From Chlorokybus atmophyticus (Eukaryota > Plantae > Mesostigma and Chlorokybus algae): DNA of 56,835 nt. Below the pieces are notes generated by a model. The model saw only the letters and a program-made list of their open reading frames with translations. It ran no database searches and was not told the DNA's origin. Shown here in pieces: positions 1-11,953 of this stretch. Location: the NCBI GenBank assembly GCA_009103225.1, contig RHPI01002836.1, forward strand, positions 301,515 through 358,349. Reading direction: 5' to 3'. The translations under genes were made by a program, and so were the position numbers. Every line of letters begins with the position of its first letter. Position 1 is the stretch's first letter.

Positions 1-469
1 TGTTGAGGATATTCTTGTATCCGGTCAGCTTGCCCTGTGGATAAGAATAGCCGCGAGAAGATTCAGGCGCGAGAAGGTTCCAGTCGAGAAAGGTCCAGGC
101 GAGGACTTCAGTCGAGAAGGTTCCAGGCGCGGAGTCGAGTCCGGAGTCTGGAGACTTCCAGGCGCTGTAGAAGAAACGTTGTAGCTCGGTGGTTACGTTA
201 TTGTATGGTGCGTGTCATAGCTTGTTGGAAAGCTCTTAAAAGTAGCTACGTGGTGCAACTTAGAGCGCAGGAATCGGTTGAGTGTAGAAGTCGTGGTGGC
301 TTCTAGAGTAGACAGGTGCAGAACTGGCGGGTATAAAAGCCCGCGGTATGACTTTGTTGTAATCCTTAGAAAGCCTTTTGGATCAGCCTTGTGTGTATGC
401 TCTGGTAGAGTGTGTGTACTTGTGCTTGCACCAACTCCATGCATGGTCGGTAGTGTCCGAATCTCAACA
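1..469 (+). mobile_element. LTR of Copia-derived family A, inserted into a family B Copia between integrase and RT
   Basis: TGTTGA...TCAACA termini; near-identical to 24103-24571 and 32549-33017(-). Followed by CAGCC and family B internal sequence that is uninterrupted at this site in the second B copy (about 22030-22080). Confidence 0.9.
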
Positions 470-651
470 CAGCCGGGGCATCCTGAAACAGTGGAGGCTA
501 CAGGCAAAGCCATCATCAACAACAAGGGTGAGTAGGACTCAGCTGTAGCAGGCCAAGAGGAGCCGTACCAACAGCAGGAGCACGCAGCTCGGAGATACCC
601 AGTGAGGGAGAGAAAGGCACCTGATTCTTACACAAGGCACACGTCGCCAGT

Positions 652-2190
652 GTGCAGAATGAGGAGCCAAGCACCTACGAGGAGGCATTGTTAGCACCGG
701 ATGCGGAGCAATGGCAGCGTGCTATGGACGAGGAGATTACGTCACTCCATGCCACAGCACTTGGTCACTGGAGCAGATTCCGCAAAGAGTGAAGACCGTT
801 CCAGTGAAATGGGTCTTCAAGGTGAAGCGTGATGGTCAGGGCAACATTAAGCGCTACAAGGCAAGACTGGTGGCAAAAGGCTTCTTGCAGCAGGAAGGTG
901 TGAACTTCAACAAAGTGTCTGCACCTGCAAGTAAGCATACCACCTTCCGTGCACTGCTAGCTGTGGTTGCTGCTGAGGACCTCAAGCTGCATCACCTCGA
1001 CGTGAAGACTGCCTTCCTCTACAGAGAGCTAGAGGAGGAGATCTTCATCGAGCAACCACCTGGATATGAGGAAGGGGAGAGAGGCACAGCGTGCAAGCTG
1101 ATCAAGGCACTGTACGGGCTGCGACAGGCACCGCGTACGTGGCACATCAAGCTCACCAAGGAGCTGGAGGCACTTGACTTCACCGCATCCTCTGTAGACC
1201 CTGGGCTTTTCATCCATGCAGACAACAAGGTCTGGCTGCTCGTGTATGTTGATGATATCATCATCACCGCCAGGCAAGTGCTCCATCTGCAGGAGACGAA
1301 ACTTGCTCTACATCAAGCATTCTCAGTCCGTGATCTTGGAGAGGCCAAGTGGTTCCTTGGCATGGTGATTGAGCGCGACAGGGCTGCTCGCACAATCAAG
1401 ATCAGTCAGAAGCAGATGGTGAGCAGACTCGTCACCAAGTTCGGGCTCACTGAAGCGAAGACCAAGACCACATTGTTGGCACTTGGCACTGCCCTTATCA
1501 AGGCAAAGGATGAGGACGTACTCGACAAGGCTCTGTATCCATATGGTGAGCTAGTAGGCAGCATGCTCTATCTGGCAGTGTGCACACGTCACGATGTTGC
1601 ACATTCTGTGGGAGTACTTGCTCGCTACATGTCTGCAACGAGCATGGAGCACTAGAGAGCAGCAAAGAGAGTACTACGCTATGTTGCTGGGAGCGCAACA
1701 GTTGGCATCAAGTTTGAGAGCGGGAGCATTGAGTTGGAGGGCTACTGCGACTCGGATTTTGCTGGTGACCTCAATAGCAGGAGGTCCACTACAGGCTACG
1801 TCTTCAAGCTGAACGGAGGCGTGGTGAGCTGGAATAGCAGGCTGCAGCCAACAACAGCAGCATCTACATCAGAGGCTGAGTACATGGCAGCGGCAGCAGC
1901 AGTGAAGGAGGCACTCTGGCTTCGCAAGCTCATGGCAGACTTAGAGCACCCCATGTTGTGCATCGTCATCAACTGTGACAACCAAGGAGCCATCAAGTTA
2001 TTGAAGCACCCTATTGCCTCATCAAGGACGAAGCACATTGATGTCATGCATCACTTTGTGCGTGACAGAGTCACAAGGAAGGAGGTGGAGTTCTAGTATT
2101 GCAATACTGAGGGCATGCTGGCGGACTTCATGACAAAGCCATTGTCACCGCTCAAGTTCAAGACTTGTAGCGCATGACTTGGCATCTGTG
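652..2190 (+). pseudogene. Copia RT-RNase H with frameshifts and stops
   Basis: Split into ORFs 711-1655 and 1734-2096; homologous to 20698-21911(-). Confidence 0.9.
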
Positions 2191-2236
2191 TTTACTACAG
2201 GAGCAAGCGTTGGAGGTCAAGCTGCTTGCGTGGGAG

Positions 2237-2700
2237 TGTTGGGAGTCATTCCTACATACGATCAGCATCGACCCTCCACACATGAGTAGAAGGTCGTAAG
2301 GATGAGCACTAGGTCCGGACTTAGCAAGATGGCGTCGTCGGACCAGACTCCGGACTCCAGACTGGAGCCTTACTAACTGCTTCATATCTCCGCATATACT
2401 TACTCATATTAGGCGTGTTACAACCAGAGCTTGTTGGAAAGCTCTGGTTGTAAAGATTAGAGCTTTCCAACAAGCTCTGGTTGTAAAGAAGACAACGCAG
2501 CTTAGAGCGCGTAACAAGGCTGAGTATAGCTTACTCAGTGCTTGAAAACGTAGACGTGTGTGTAACTGGCTGGTATAAGAACCAGCGGACAACTTGTAAT
2601 AGATGAATGTGATGTGACTTGTGTATGCTCTGGTGGCGGTAGCTCTGTCTCTGTGTGTCTATGCTTGCCTCAACTACATATGCATGCTAGTCCTTCAACA
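2237..2700 (+). repeat. Family B 3' LTR (464 bp)
   Basis: TGTTG...CAACA; homologous to 33107-33530(-). Confidence 0.9.
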
Positions 2701-3107
2701 CTTAATTTACAGTCTGATATGCACTTGTACTAGGAGACATTGGCACTAGGTGTGCACTGCATGAGTTCATGCAGTGCCATCATATCATGTGCTGTAGGTA
2801 TCAGCCTTGGGGTAGATATCTGCAGTAGGCTGGGAGCATTCTCCTGTATGGGGCTGCCTAGGCTATATAGGCCGCGGGACAGCCGCCAAAGACTAGACCG
2901 GACAGATCAGACTAGACAGACCTAGAGTTTGCAGTATATGCACTTACGAGAGTCTTGGTCTCCCTGTTGCTGTGTGTGACTTGTACCCTTGTGCATACTT
3001 TGTGTGTGCATGCATACATGCAGTAGAAGGTCTGCATCTGTGTGAGCAGCTTTGTGCTTGTTAGCTACTGCATAGCTACACTGTGTGTGTAGAGTCTCAA
3101 CTCAACA
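2701..3107 (+). repeat. Partial LTR-like sequence (family D), probably interrupted by B and itself inserted in gag of element C
   Basis: Ends CTCAACA, composition like the other Copia LTRs, no PBS after it; no second copy in the window. Confidence 0.45.
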
Positions 3108-3130
3108 CCCTGCTCTCTATACAGCACTGA

Positions 3131-4939
3131 TTGGCAGCAGTCTCTGTCAACAATCATTGCCATAAGAAAGGCCACCTCTTGAGAAACTGTCCTGAGACAA
3201 ACAAAGGTCAAAAAGGCAAGGAGTTTGCAGATGAGAAGGTGGTTTTCACTGCATCGGCTGAGTCAGAGGCTTGTACCTATGGCTGGGTGCTGGACTCTGG
3301 GTGTACTCAGCACATGACTCCATGCAAAGACTATCTGGAAGAGTATAAACCTCTGGCAAAACCCATCGTTGTCTCTGCTTTTTGGAAAGGTCTGACTTCG
3401 CACGCAATTAGCTTTGGCACAGTCAATCTGAGCTGCGTGGTGGGTGGCGACATCAAGCATGTGACACTACAGAGAGTTCCGTATGTTCCTGAGGCAGACG
3501 CAAGTCTTTTCAGTGTTCGTGCTGCTGCGCGAGTTGGGGCGAAGACTATCTTTGAGGAGGAACATGCAGTTGTCATGCGTGGTGGCAAGACGCACGTGTT
3601 CGCGAGAAATGTGAGAGGACTATACATAATGGACCTCAGTCCTGGGTCACACTCTGCGTTGCTGGCTGCTCCAAAGGAAAGTGCTACTCTATGGCACAGA
3701 AGGTTTGGGCACCTAGATTTTGACAACCTGGCTAAGCTGGTCAGGGAGGGCATGGTCAAAGGAGTGAAGGTGTCACCTGAGGAGTTTACAGCACAGAAGA
3801 CCAAGTTGTGTGAGCCCTGTGTTCTAGCCAAGCAGACTAGGACACCATTTCCTGAGTCTTCACGTGTGAGCAAGAGACAGCTGAAGTTAGTCCACATGAA
3901 TGTCTGTGGACCCGTCTCTGTGCCTGCAAAGGGAGGTTTCAAGTATTTTTGTACCTTCCTGGACGATTTCAGCAAGATGAGCGTGGTGGTACCGCTGGTT
4001 TTAAAGTCAGATGTTGCTGAGACTGCAAAGAAGATCCTAACCTTCGTGGGAAACCAGTCTGGGTTAAAGGTTGCTACAGTTGGGTCTGACAGGGGAGGCA
4101 AGTACTACCAGCACTTGAAGGGCTGGTTTGCTAACAAGGGAGTCAAGAATGAAACCACAGCACCATATACGCCTGAACAGAATGGTGCGGCTGAACGTCT
4201 GAACAGGACTCTTATGGAGAAGGCGCGTTCCATGCTTGAAGATGCCAAGCTGGGAAAGGAGTTCTGGTATGATGCTGTCCTGACTGCACACTATGTCAGG
4301 GACAGATCACCTGTGGAGGCATCTGATTTCGAAACACCGTGGGAGCTGTTCTTTTTAGATCAGCCTAATGTTTCGGCACTGAGGGTGTTTGGAAGTACTG
4401 CCTATGTCCATGTGCCAAAAGCACAAAGAAAGAAGATGGACGCTGTAAGCCAGAAGGGAGTTTTCATTGGGTATGAGGCAAACTCCAAGGCTTGGCGCAT
4501 TGTGGTGGACAACAAGGTGGTGGTCAGCTTAGATATGGTGTTTGTTGAGGGAGGGAATGAAGAACATGCTGGAGGGTCTGATTTTCTCCAGAACTTGCTG
4601 GTCCTCCTGGGTTTAAGTCTGCGCCTCATTCTGGGTTTGGATCTGAAGGCGGCAGCAAACCTAACACCACTGCTGATAGGTTTAAGCAGAAGTCTTGGTC
4701 TTCTGCTGGCTCTGGGCATAAAACCTCAGAAAGGGAGCATTGTTGCTGTGATAGGGAGCAAGGATCCGTTTCGCCTGAAGGTCTGCAAGATCGCCGGTGT
4801 CCATGGAGGGAAAGGAAGGAACCTGACAGGTTGCCACCCTCATACCAGGCACTTGCTGCACATTTTGAGGAGCCTGAGCCAAGTACCTTTGAAGAAGCTT
4901 TGCGTGGTCCCGATGCGGAGCTGTGACAACAAGCGATGA
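3131..4939 (+). pseudogene. Copia C gag C-terminus, protease and integrase (frameshifted at the 3' end)
   Basis: CHKKGHLLRNC, WVLDSGCTQHM, YTPEQNGAAERLNRTL. Confidence 0.9.
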
Positions 4940-6320
4940 ACGAGTACAAGCGGAAGCGTGATGGTTTTGGAAACATTGAGCGGTACAAGGCGCGACTGGT
5001 TGCGAAGGGCTTCTTACAGCAAGAGGGGGTGGACTACAATGAAGTCTTCGCTCCTGCAGGGAAGCTAGTAACTTTTCGGACTTTGCTGGCTGTAGTTGCT
5101 GCACATGATGTGGAACTTCACCACCTGGACATCAAGACTGCTTTCTTGTATGGAGAGCTTGAAGAGGAGATTTTCTGTGAACAACTCAAGGGTTTTGAAG
5201 AAGGAGGTCCAGAGTTTGCTTGCAGACTGAAGAAGGCCCTGTATGGTCTGAAGCAGGCGCCTAGAGTCTGGCACATAAGACTGTGCAAAGAACTTGACAA
5301 GTTGGAGTATGTGGCATCTACTGCAGTTGCTGGACTGTTCTGGAACAAGACCAAGGAGGTCTGGCTATTGGTCTATGTGGATGACATCCTGATCGCTGGA
5401 AGACAGCTTGAAGATCTGGAAGAAGTCAAGACCAAGCTTGGAGCTGAGTTTGATGTCAGAGATCTTGGCGAGGCTAAGCTGTTCTTGGGGATTGTCATTG
5501 AAAGAAACAGAGCTAATAAGACTATGAAGATCAGTCAACCACTGATGGCTGCTGAGCTGGTTGAGAAGTTTGGGCAAGCTGAGGCTAAGCCTAGAACCGT
5601 GCCCATGGCTGTAGGTCTGCACTTACAGAAGGCTGCTCTTGGAGCTGAGCCTTTAGACAGGTTGAAGTACCCTTACAACCGCCTGGTTGGAAGTCTGCTG
5701 TACTTGTCGATAGCAACGAGGCCTGACATATCCTATGCAGTGGGAGTACTAGCAAGGTTTATGTACAGTCCTACCATGGAGCACTGGAAAGCTGCAGTTG
5801 GAGTCCTAAGATACATTGGAGGGACTACATCAGTTGGGGTCTTTTTCGCTGGAGAAAAGTCTGAGCTTGAGGGCTTTTGTGATGCTGATTTTGCTGGAGA
5901 TTTGGACAACCGCAAGTCTACATCTGGGTTTGCCTTCATGCTGAATGGAAGTCTGGTGAGCTGGAGTTATAAACTTCAAGCTACTGTGGCAATCTCGACT
6001 GCTGAGGCTAAGTACATTGCTGCGTCCCATGCTGTGAAGGAAGCGATGTGGCTGAGAGTTTTGATGGCAGACCTGGGGTATGAGCCAAGATGTGTGAGGT
6101 TGCACTGTGACAATCAAAGCGCCATCAAACTGACGAAGCACTAGGTTGCTTCAGTTCGAGCTAAGCACATTGATGTTCATCACTTTGTGCGTGGGAGAGC
6201 TGCAAGGAAGGAAGTGCAGTTTGACTACTGCAAGACTGAAGACATGCTGGCGGACGTCTTCACCAAGGCCCTTCCTCTGCCCCAGTTCAAGACGTGCTGC
6301 TCTGGACTTGGCGTTTCCTG
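4936..6320 (+). pseudogene. Copia C RT-RNase H; N-terminal RT segment deleted, frameshift near the C-terminus
   Basis: QQAMNE joins directly to YKRKRDG, skipping the ..VKWV segment present in family B. Confidence 0.9.
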
Positions 6321-6336
6321 ACTGCCTGCGTGGGAG

Positions 6337-6803
6337 TGTTAGAATATAGACCGCCTGGTCTTATTCTGCTGAATTAGACCTAGTTTGGGGTTTATTCAGT
6401 CAGTCATGAAACTGCCTGGTCTGGAACTCGGTTTATGTAATACTCAGACTGACTGTGGTTAGTCTATGTTGGATATCACTTGTATGCATGCCTTGTACAG
6501 CAAATATCGAGCCTCGATTGCTTAAGTATAAATAGCTGCTGTACTGAGTTCGTAACTGGAGAGAGAGCCCACTTTGAGTCTGGGATCTGGATTGCCACAC
6601 TGGCGGCTAGGGTTTGTATGCTGTGCTTGGGTGCATACAGAGCTGGCACTGGATGTGTATGAGCTAGCACGTTTTAGTAGCCGCCTCTCTGAGCTGCATA
6701 CAGAAGTTAAACCCGTCAGAGTCTGCCGTGCTAGCCTGAAAGTTTTCAGGCTGTTCTAGAGAAGGTTTCGACCTCAGACTGCTCCACCTACTCCAAGTCA
6801 ACA
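6337..6803 (+). repeat. Family C 3' LTR (467 bp)
   Basis: TGTTAG directly after the PPT; ends TCAACA. Confidence 0.8.
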
Positions 6804-7090
6804 TTCACAACTTGCTGGCTCCGAGTATCGTACAGCACAACACTCGCAGCATGCAATAGCAAACTCCAGGCTTCACAACATCAATTGCTTTTACACTTTC
6901 TCAAGTCCATGCGCTCATACTCACTCAAAGTTTCACCAAGTGTACAAGTACACAGTTTGTGTACTTATGCTATCGTATGAACACATGTGAGCCACAGTTC
7001 AGCAAGCTTAACCGATCTAATCACGGCTATTTGTTAGCTGTTTACTACTGAAGTGTCTAGTCTAAACGTGCAGAAAGCGAGTTCGTCCAC

Positions 7091-7115
7091 CACATGAAAA
7101 AGTCAGCGCGAACCA
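7091..7115 (+). repeat. Left TIR of the giant CMC element
   Basis: CACATGAAAAAGTCAGCGCGAACCA. Confidence 0.85.
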
Positions 7116-7524
7116 TGCTCTAGTGGATGACACCAGTGTGGTCGTGAATGGTCAGACCACATGTGGCACACTGTCAGGACCACCTATGGCCTACATAACA
7201 GTTACAACCACATGTGGCCAGCCGTCATGACTATTCAGACCATACTGTATGTGGTCCGAATGCATACCATATATGGCCTGAATGTGGGTACCATATATGG
7301 TGATGGACTCACCACCACATGCATGTGGTCAGCAATCACGACCATACATGGTCAATCCATGAAATGAAAAGAATAGATTGTCACCGCCATGTGTGTTTGT
7401 GATGTTGTGACCATGCTGTCCTAGCGGTGAATCACACCATACTTGCAGGTTCATACCATGCATGGTCGGCCATGTGCTCCATGCAAGCGACCACCATCAA
7501 TGGTTGTGATGTTGTGACCTGATG
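7116..7524. repeat. Left subterminal repeats (ACCATG/CATGGT, TGTTGTGACC)
   Basis: Dense short motifs in both orientations; they resume after 9584 and recur at 33880-34580. Confidence 0.7.
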
Positions 7525-8093
7525 CACACGGATTGACGTTCGGGGACCATGCATGGTCCTTCCACGGACCCCGCGGGCCATACATGGTCCGTCCCCGCGG
7601 ACCACGAGTGTATGGTCCGCGAGGGACGGACCGTCCATGGTCCTTTTGGGGCCCCGATACCTGGCGCGCAAACGCGGACCACACATGGTCCGTGCCGCAC
7701 CTTGTGTGGTGCGGCACGGACCAGTACTCTACGCTGGTTCCTGGATGCGGACCAGGAGTGGGCCCGCGGTTCAGCGGCCCGGCAGCCGCGCACCGTACAT
7801 GGTCCGTGCCGCACCATGTATGGGGCGGCATGGACCAGCAATGTTGCTGGTTGGCGGCCCTGCAGGGCGCGCTACACGTGTACCATGACTGAAGTATCGT
7901 TTTTGCATGTACGAGTACATAGGTACATTGTGTATCATCATTTAATAAATGACAGGCCGCACCGACTGTCGCCGCTTACCATAAAGTGGACAGTCGCAGA
8001 TGGTCGGCGGCTGTCAATGTATATTGACAGCCGGCTGTCCATGTACAATTTAACTTGACAGCCGCCGACCAGTTGCGGCTGTCCACTTGTGGT

Positions 8094-8215
8094 CTATATA
8101 TGTATATATGGATATGTGTATACATATAAATATATGTGTATATATACACATATATATATATATATGCATATATATACATATGTATATATATATATATGTG
8201 TGTGTGTGTGTGCAT
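8094..8215. repeat. (TA)n/(TG)n microsatellite
   Basis: Directly visible. Confidence 0.9.
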
Positions 8216-9072
8216 GTGTTTAGGCTTAAGGCATTTACAAGAAAAAGTTGTCGACGTGTTGCGGCCGCAATTTGCAGCCGTGCAATTACTTCATATCTAT
8301 AATTTTATGTACATACATCGTTGTAAGTATATTGATGCGCGTACACATGTGCATTTAGACCTTTCATACGCAAAATTGTGTACATCTGAAGTAATGTATA
8401 ACAACATATATACACATATAGGAAGTATTAAAATTATTTACAATAAACATGGTTTAAACAAATTTATCAAATTTACATCAATGCGTAGCGTATGTTTATT
8501 ACATTACATATAGTTTGTTAGTAATTACATTATCATAATGTTCACAATCGTTAATATCATATCATGAATACATATGTTGATGATGTTCGTATGTTGCATT
8601 GCTAGGCGTAGTTTATGGTATGATTGGTTTTAATAATTTGTATGAAACGAAAGCGCAAGCAATGTCAGATGTTATGACTTAGCCTTACTTGTATAACCTC
8701 ACTAATGGCCTATAAAAGCCTCATGCGACCACAAAATCATCGACAGCCCGATAAGGTACACTGGCTGCATTGACAGTCGCAATTTGGCGACTATCACTAA
8801 GCATTGTCACAATGACAGCCCCTAACAAGTCTACAAATTGTACTGGCGTATTGACAACCGCCGAGTTCGCGGCTACCGATATGTAGTTTACCACCGTCCA
8901 TGTAACTGGTACAGCCTATGAATGCTACAGTTGCATGGGCTCAGCCTATGGGCCTATCAAAGTGACAATCTCCGACTGTCCATCGGCAATTACTGCCGCC
9001 GGCCAACAGTCGCCAAGCGGCGCATGCAATACACTATATGATATAGGTTGCCATGCGACCCTACCGGTACGT

Positions 9073-9144
9073 GCACTTGTAGCTTAGTGGTTAGGGTGTC
9101 GTCTTTGATATGCTAAAGGTGCTGGGTTCCAATCCGGTCGATGC
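9073..9144 (+). tRNA. Degenerate tRNA-like sequence (pseudogene or SINE head); anticodon unresolved
   Basis: 72 nt; A box TAGCTTAGTGG, B box GGTTCCAATCC; GCA...TGC ends; stems imperfect. Confidence 0.55.
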
Positions 9145-9450
9145 GTGTGTTCTTGACTAATCATTCCACTAACGCCGCGGAGCTGGCCGCGGCCTCGTGC
9201 GCCGCAGGTTGGGCGTGGCCGGTGCCGCCGGCAAAGATGTCTCAACTTTTACTGCATTTGCACTCATATGTACATTGGTCCATAATAAAATTCGGTCCAT
9301 GGTCCGCTGGCCGGACCAGTTATGATTGAAGTATTGCAATGATATGATTTAGTCCCTGGTCCGATGGCCGGACCATACCTGGTCCTGATGCAACAGTAAT
9401 CGGCCGGACTTTCAGTGGTCCGTACCAAGCGAGAATGGTACCATGCACGT

Positions 9451-10027
9451 GAAACTTGGACCATGAATGGTCCGACTGTCGATGAAAAACAGACCATGCA
9501 AGGTCCACCGATTTCATTTAGCAGGGGGAAATCCCGGTCCTGCGTCACGGACCATTCATGGTCCTTGAACGTCAATCCGTGTGATGGTGGTGGTGGTGAA
9601 AATTACAACCACAGTGCCAGTCCGCACCATGCATGGTCGTGATGTATGCTGGCGATGCCATGCTCACTCTGCAGAGGGGTTCGTGTTAGGTATTGGCAAA
9701 TCGCAGCACTGCAGTGATGCTCAGCTGTGTTATAAAAGCTGAAACTTGGACCATGAATGGTCCGACTGTCGATGAAAACAGACCATGCAAGGTCCACCGA
9801 TTTCATTTAGCAGGGGGAAATCCCGGTCCTGCGTCACGGACCATTCATGGTCCTTGAACGTCAATCCGTGTGATGGTGGTGGTGGTGAAAATTACAACCA
9901 CAGTGCCAGTCCGCACCATGCATGGTCGTGATGTATGCTTGCGATGCCATGCTCACTCTGCAGAGGGGTTCGTGTTAGGTATTGGCAAATCGCAGCACTG
10001 CAGTGATGCTCAGCTGTGTTATAAAAG
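9451..10027 (+). repeat. Tandem duplication (about 290-bp unit) containing the right TIR of the nested element
   Basis: 9451-9740 is repeated at 9741-10027. Confidence 0.95.
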
Positions 10028-10492
10028 TTGCAAACAGCAAAATGACCGGAGGGAGTTGATCTTGAGACCTAGGGATGCTAGCTTTAGTTCTGACCAGTAG
10101 ACTACCAATGCTAACACGCTAGTTTTGTAAAGTAACTCAAGTTATATTTAATGTTAAAGTCGGTTCTGATTGAGTGGCGGTGCACTCAGCGCAGTTAGGG
10201 TGACAGGTTCAAGGAGGTGGAAGCTGTCAAGCCCGTCGTCAGGTAGGTTGTTGATAGCTGTGGCAGGTGTCACCTGCTGTCTACATCCCATCATGCTCAG
10301 GGGTGAGAGGTTTGATGCCAGACGGCTGAAAGGTGGTCCTGCTTATGGTGTTTGTTGTTTAGCAAAGGCGTAGGGGCGGCCTGGGGTGTGGTTGTTGTGG
10401 CGTGTACCTGCAGTGTGGTTGTTGTTAGGCGGGGGCATAGGGGCGGCCAGGTATTGATTGTGGAGGGCCAGGGTAGGGGTGTCCTTGCCACC

Positions 10493-11264
10493 ATGCAAGG
10501 AGGCAGTATGTCGTCGGCGGCTGCGGCGGCGGCAGGGCCTGATGACGACATCAAGGGGATGATGAAGAAGTGGCAGCAGAAATGTGAGTTTATGTGGTTG
10601 TGCACCACATGTAGAGGGGTTTGTGCCAATGCTGCATGCATTCGTGCGAATGTTGCCTCAAGAAGGCCTAATCCAAGGCATAGTGCTGGCTGTCTGTTGC
10701 ATGCTGGCGTGCATGCACCGTGTATAACTGTGTATTGCTTGATCGTGTGCGTCAATGTGAGCACTGACTCCGTGCTGAGCTTTGCAGGTTACCGCCTAAC
10801 TCAACAGGTGTCAGCTTAGAACAAGGAGATTGCCAAGCTGGTCAGGGAGGTAAGCATGTACGGGCATTGAGTCTGACATGTGCATACAACAGGGCATGGT
10901 CGACATTGGTTGCAACAGGTGAGAGCGCTGAAGGAACAAAACAGAGAGCTGGTGAAGGCGTGCGACGAAGAGGGAGGCAGCTACGAGATGGCCATTAATG
11001 AGGTAAGTGCATTATAGCTCTGCAATGGGTATTCCATACAGGCATTTGATAGCATTGCTAGCACGCAGAAAGTGGAAGTCAGTATTCGCAAGTCCAAATA
11101 CAAAACAACAACATGAAGCGCATGCGCCTATACTCTGAAAAGCTTCAGCACAAGTTGAACAAAGCATGGGAGAAGCAGGCGGAGAGCGACAGCACACTTC
11201 TGATGATGCGGAGTGCGGCATGGCAGTCTCGGACAGCTCGGACAGCTCTGAAGCCGCAGATTAG
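10493..11264 (+). pseudogene. Spliced coiled-coil-like cargo gene, disrupted
   Basis: Exons 10493-10583, 10788-10849, 10919-11002, 11042-11264 bounded by GT..AG. Joined frame reads KWQQKCYRLTQQVSA*NKEIAKLVREVRALKEQNRELVK; in-frame TAG at 10817. Confidence 0.55.
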
Positions 11265-11702
11265 GTAGCCATGCACGTGTTGCTAAGCTTGACTGTACAT
11301 AAGTTTGTAGGCTTCGCAATATGAGCGAGGCAGCACGCGAGGTGTTTTTATACTTGTTTGTCATTGTATAGTGTAACATGACGGATGTGGCAGATGTGGT
11401 TTGTGCAACTGCGGACAGTGTTGAGTGCATGTTATCTCGGCACATCGCTGTGTGTTGTATGTTTCTGTGTGTGTCTGTGCAGAGGTCAATTCAGAGGTTG
11501 TGTCAAATGAGAGGTTGCCCACACCCTTGCAAAGCACGCACTGCATATTTCCATGTGCTCTAGTGCGTTGATAGTCAATGCACATTGTCGTTTGATGTGC
11601 AGATACAGTGTGTACAGTGTGTTCAATCAGCAGGCACATGCAAAGCACAACAAAAAGGCCACTTGACAACGGAACATATAACACACAGTGGTCATGCTGC
11701 CC

Positions 11703-11922
11703 NNNNNNNNNNNNNNNNNNNNNNNNNNNNNNNNNNNNNNNNNNNNNNNNNNNNNNNNNNNNNNNNNNNNNNNNNNNNNNNNNNNNNNNNNNNNNNNNNN
11801 NNNNNNNNNNNNNNNNNNNNNNNNNNNNNNNNNNNNNNNNNNNNNNNNNNNNNNNNNNNNNNNNNNNNNNNNNNNNNNNNNNNNNNNNNNNNNNNNNNNN
11901 NNNNNNNNNNNNNNNNNNNNNN
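11703..11922. other. Assembly gap (N run)
   Basis: 220 N. Confidence 1.
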
Positions 11923-11953
11923 CACCTCCTGTACACACCGCCCGTATACACGC

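Larger units (their letters stand above)
470..2700 (+). mobile_element. Ty1/Copia family B, copy 1 (3' part: RT, RNase H, PPT, 3' LTR)
   Basis: Motifs YKARLVAKGF, LYGLRQAPR, YVDD, YCDSDFAGD, HIDV; PPT GCGTGGGAG abutting LTR at 2237. Confidence 0.95.
3108..6803 (+). mobile_element. Ty1/Copia family C, 5'-truncated
   Basis: Zinc knuckle, WVLDSG protease, WHRRFGH/CxxC integrase zinc finger, RVE core, RT (YVDD), RNase H, PPT GCGTGGGAG, LTR. Confidence 0.95.
7525..9583. mobile_element. Nested non-autonomous CMC/CACTA-like element (2059 bp)
   Basis: 35-bp TIR starting CACACGGATTGACGTTC (32/35, first 17 perfect), TSD ATG (7522-7524, 9584-9586), GGWCC-rich subterminal repeats. Confidence 0.85.

Noticed and set aside
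7432-8058. Overlapping GC-rich ORFs on both strands
   Set aside because: Produced by stop-poor subterminal repeats; no protein features.
7116-9640. CRISPR-like array
   Set aside because: No constant repeat with unique spacers; motifs are short, irregular and bidirectional.
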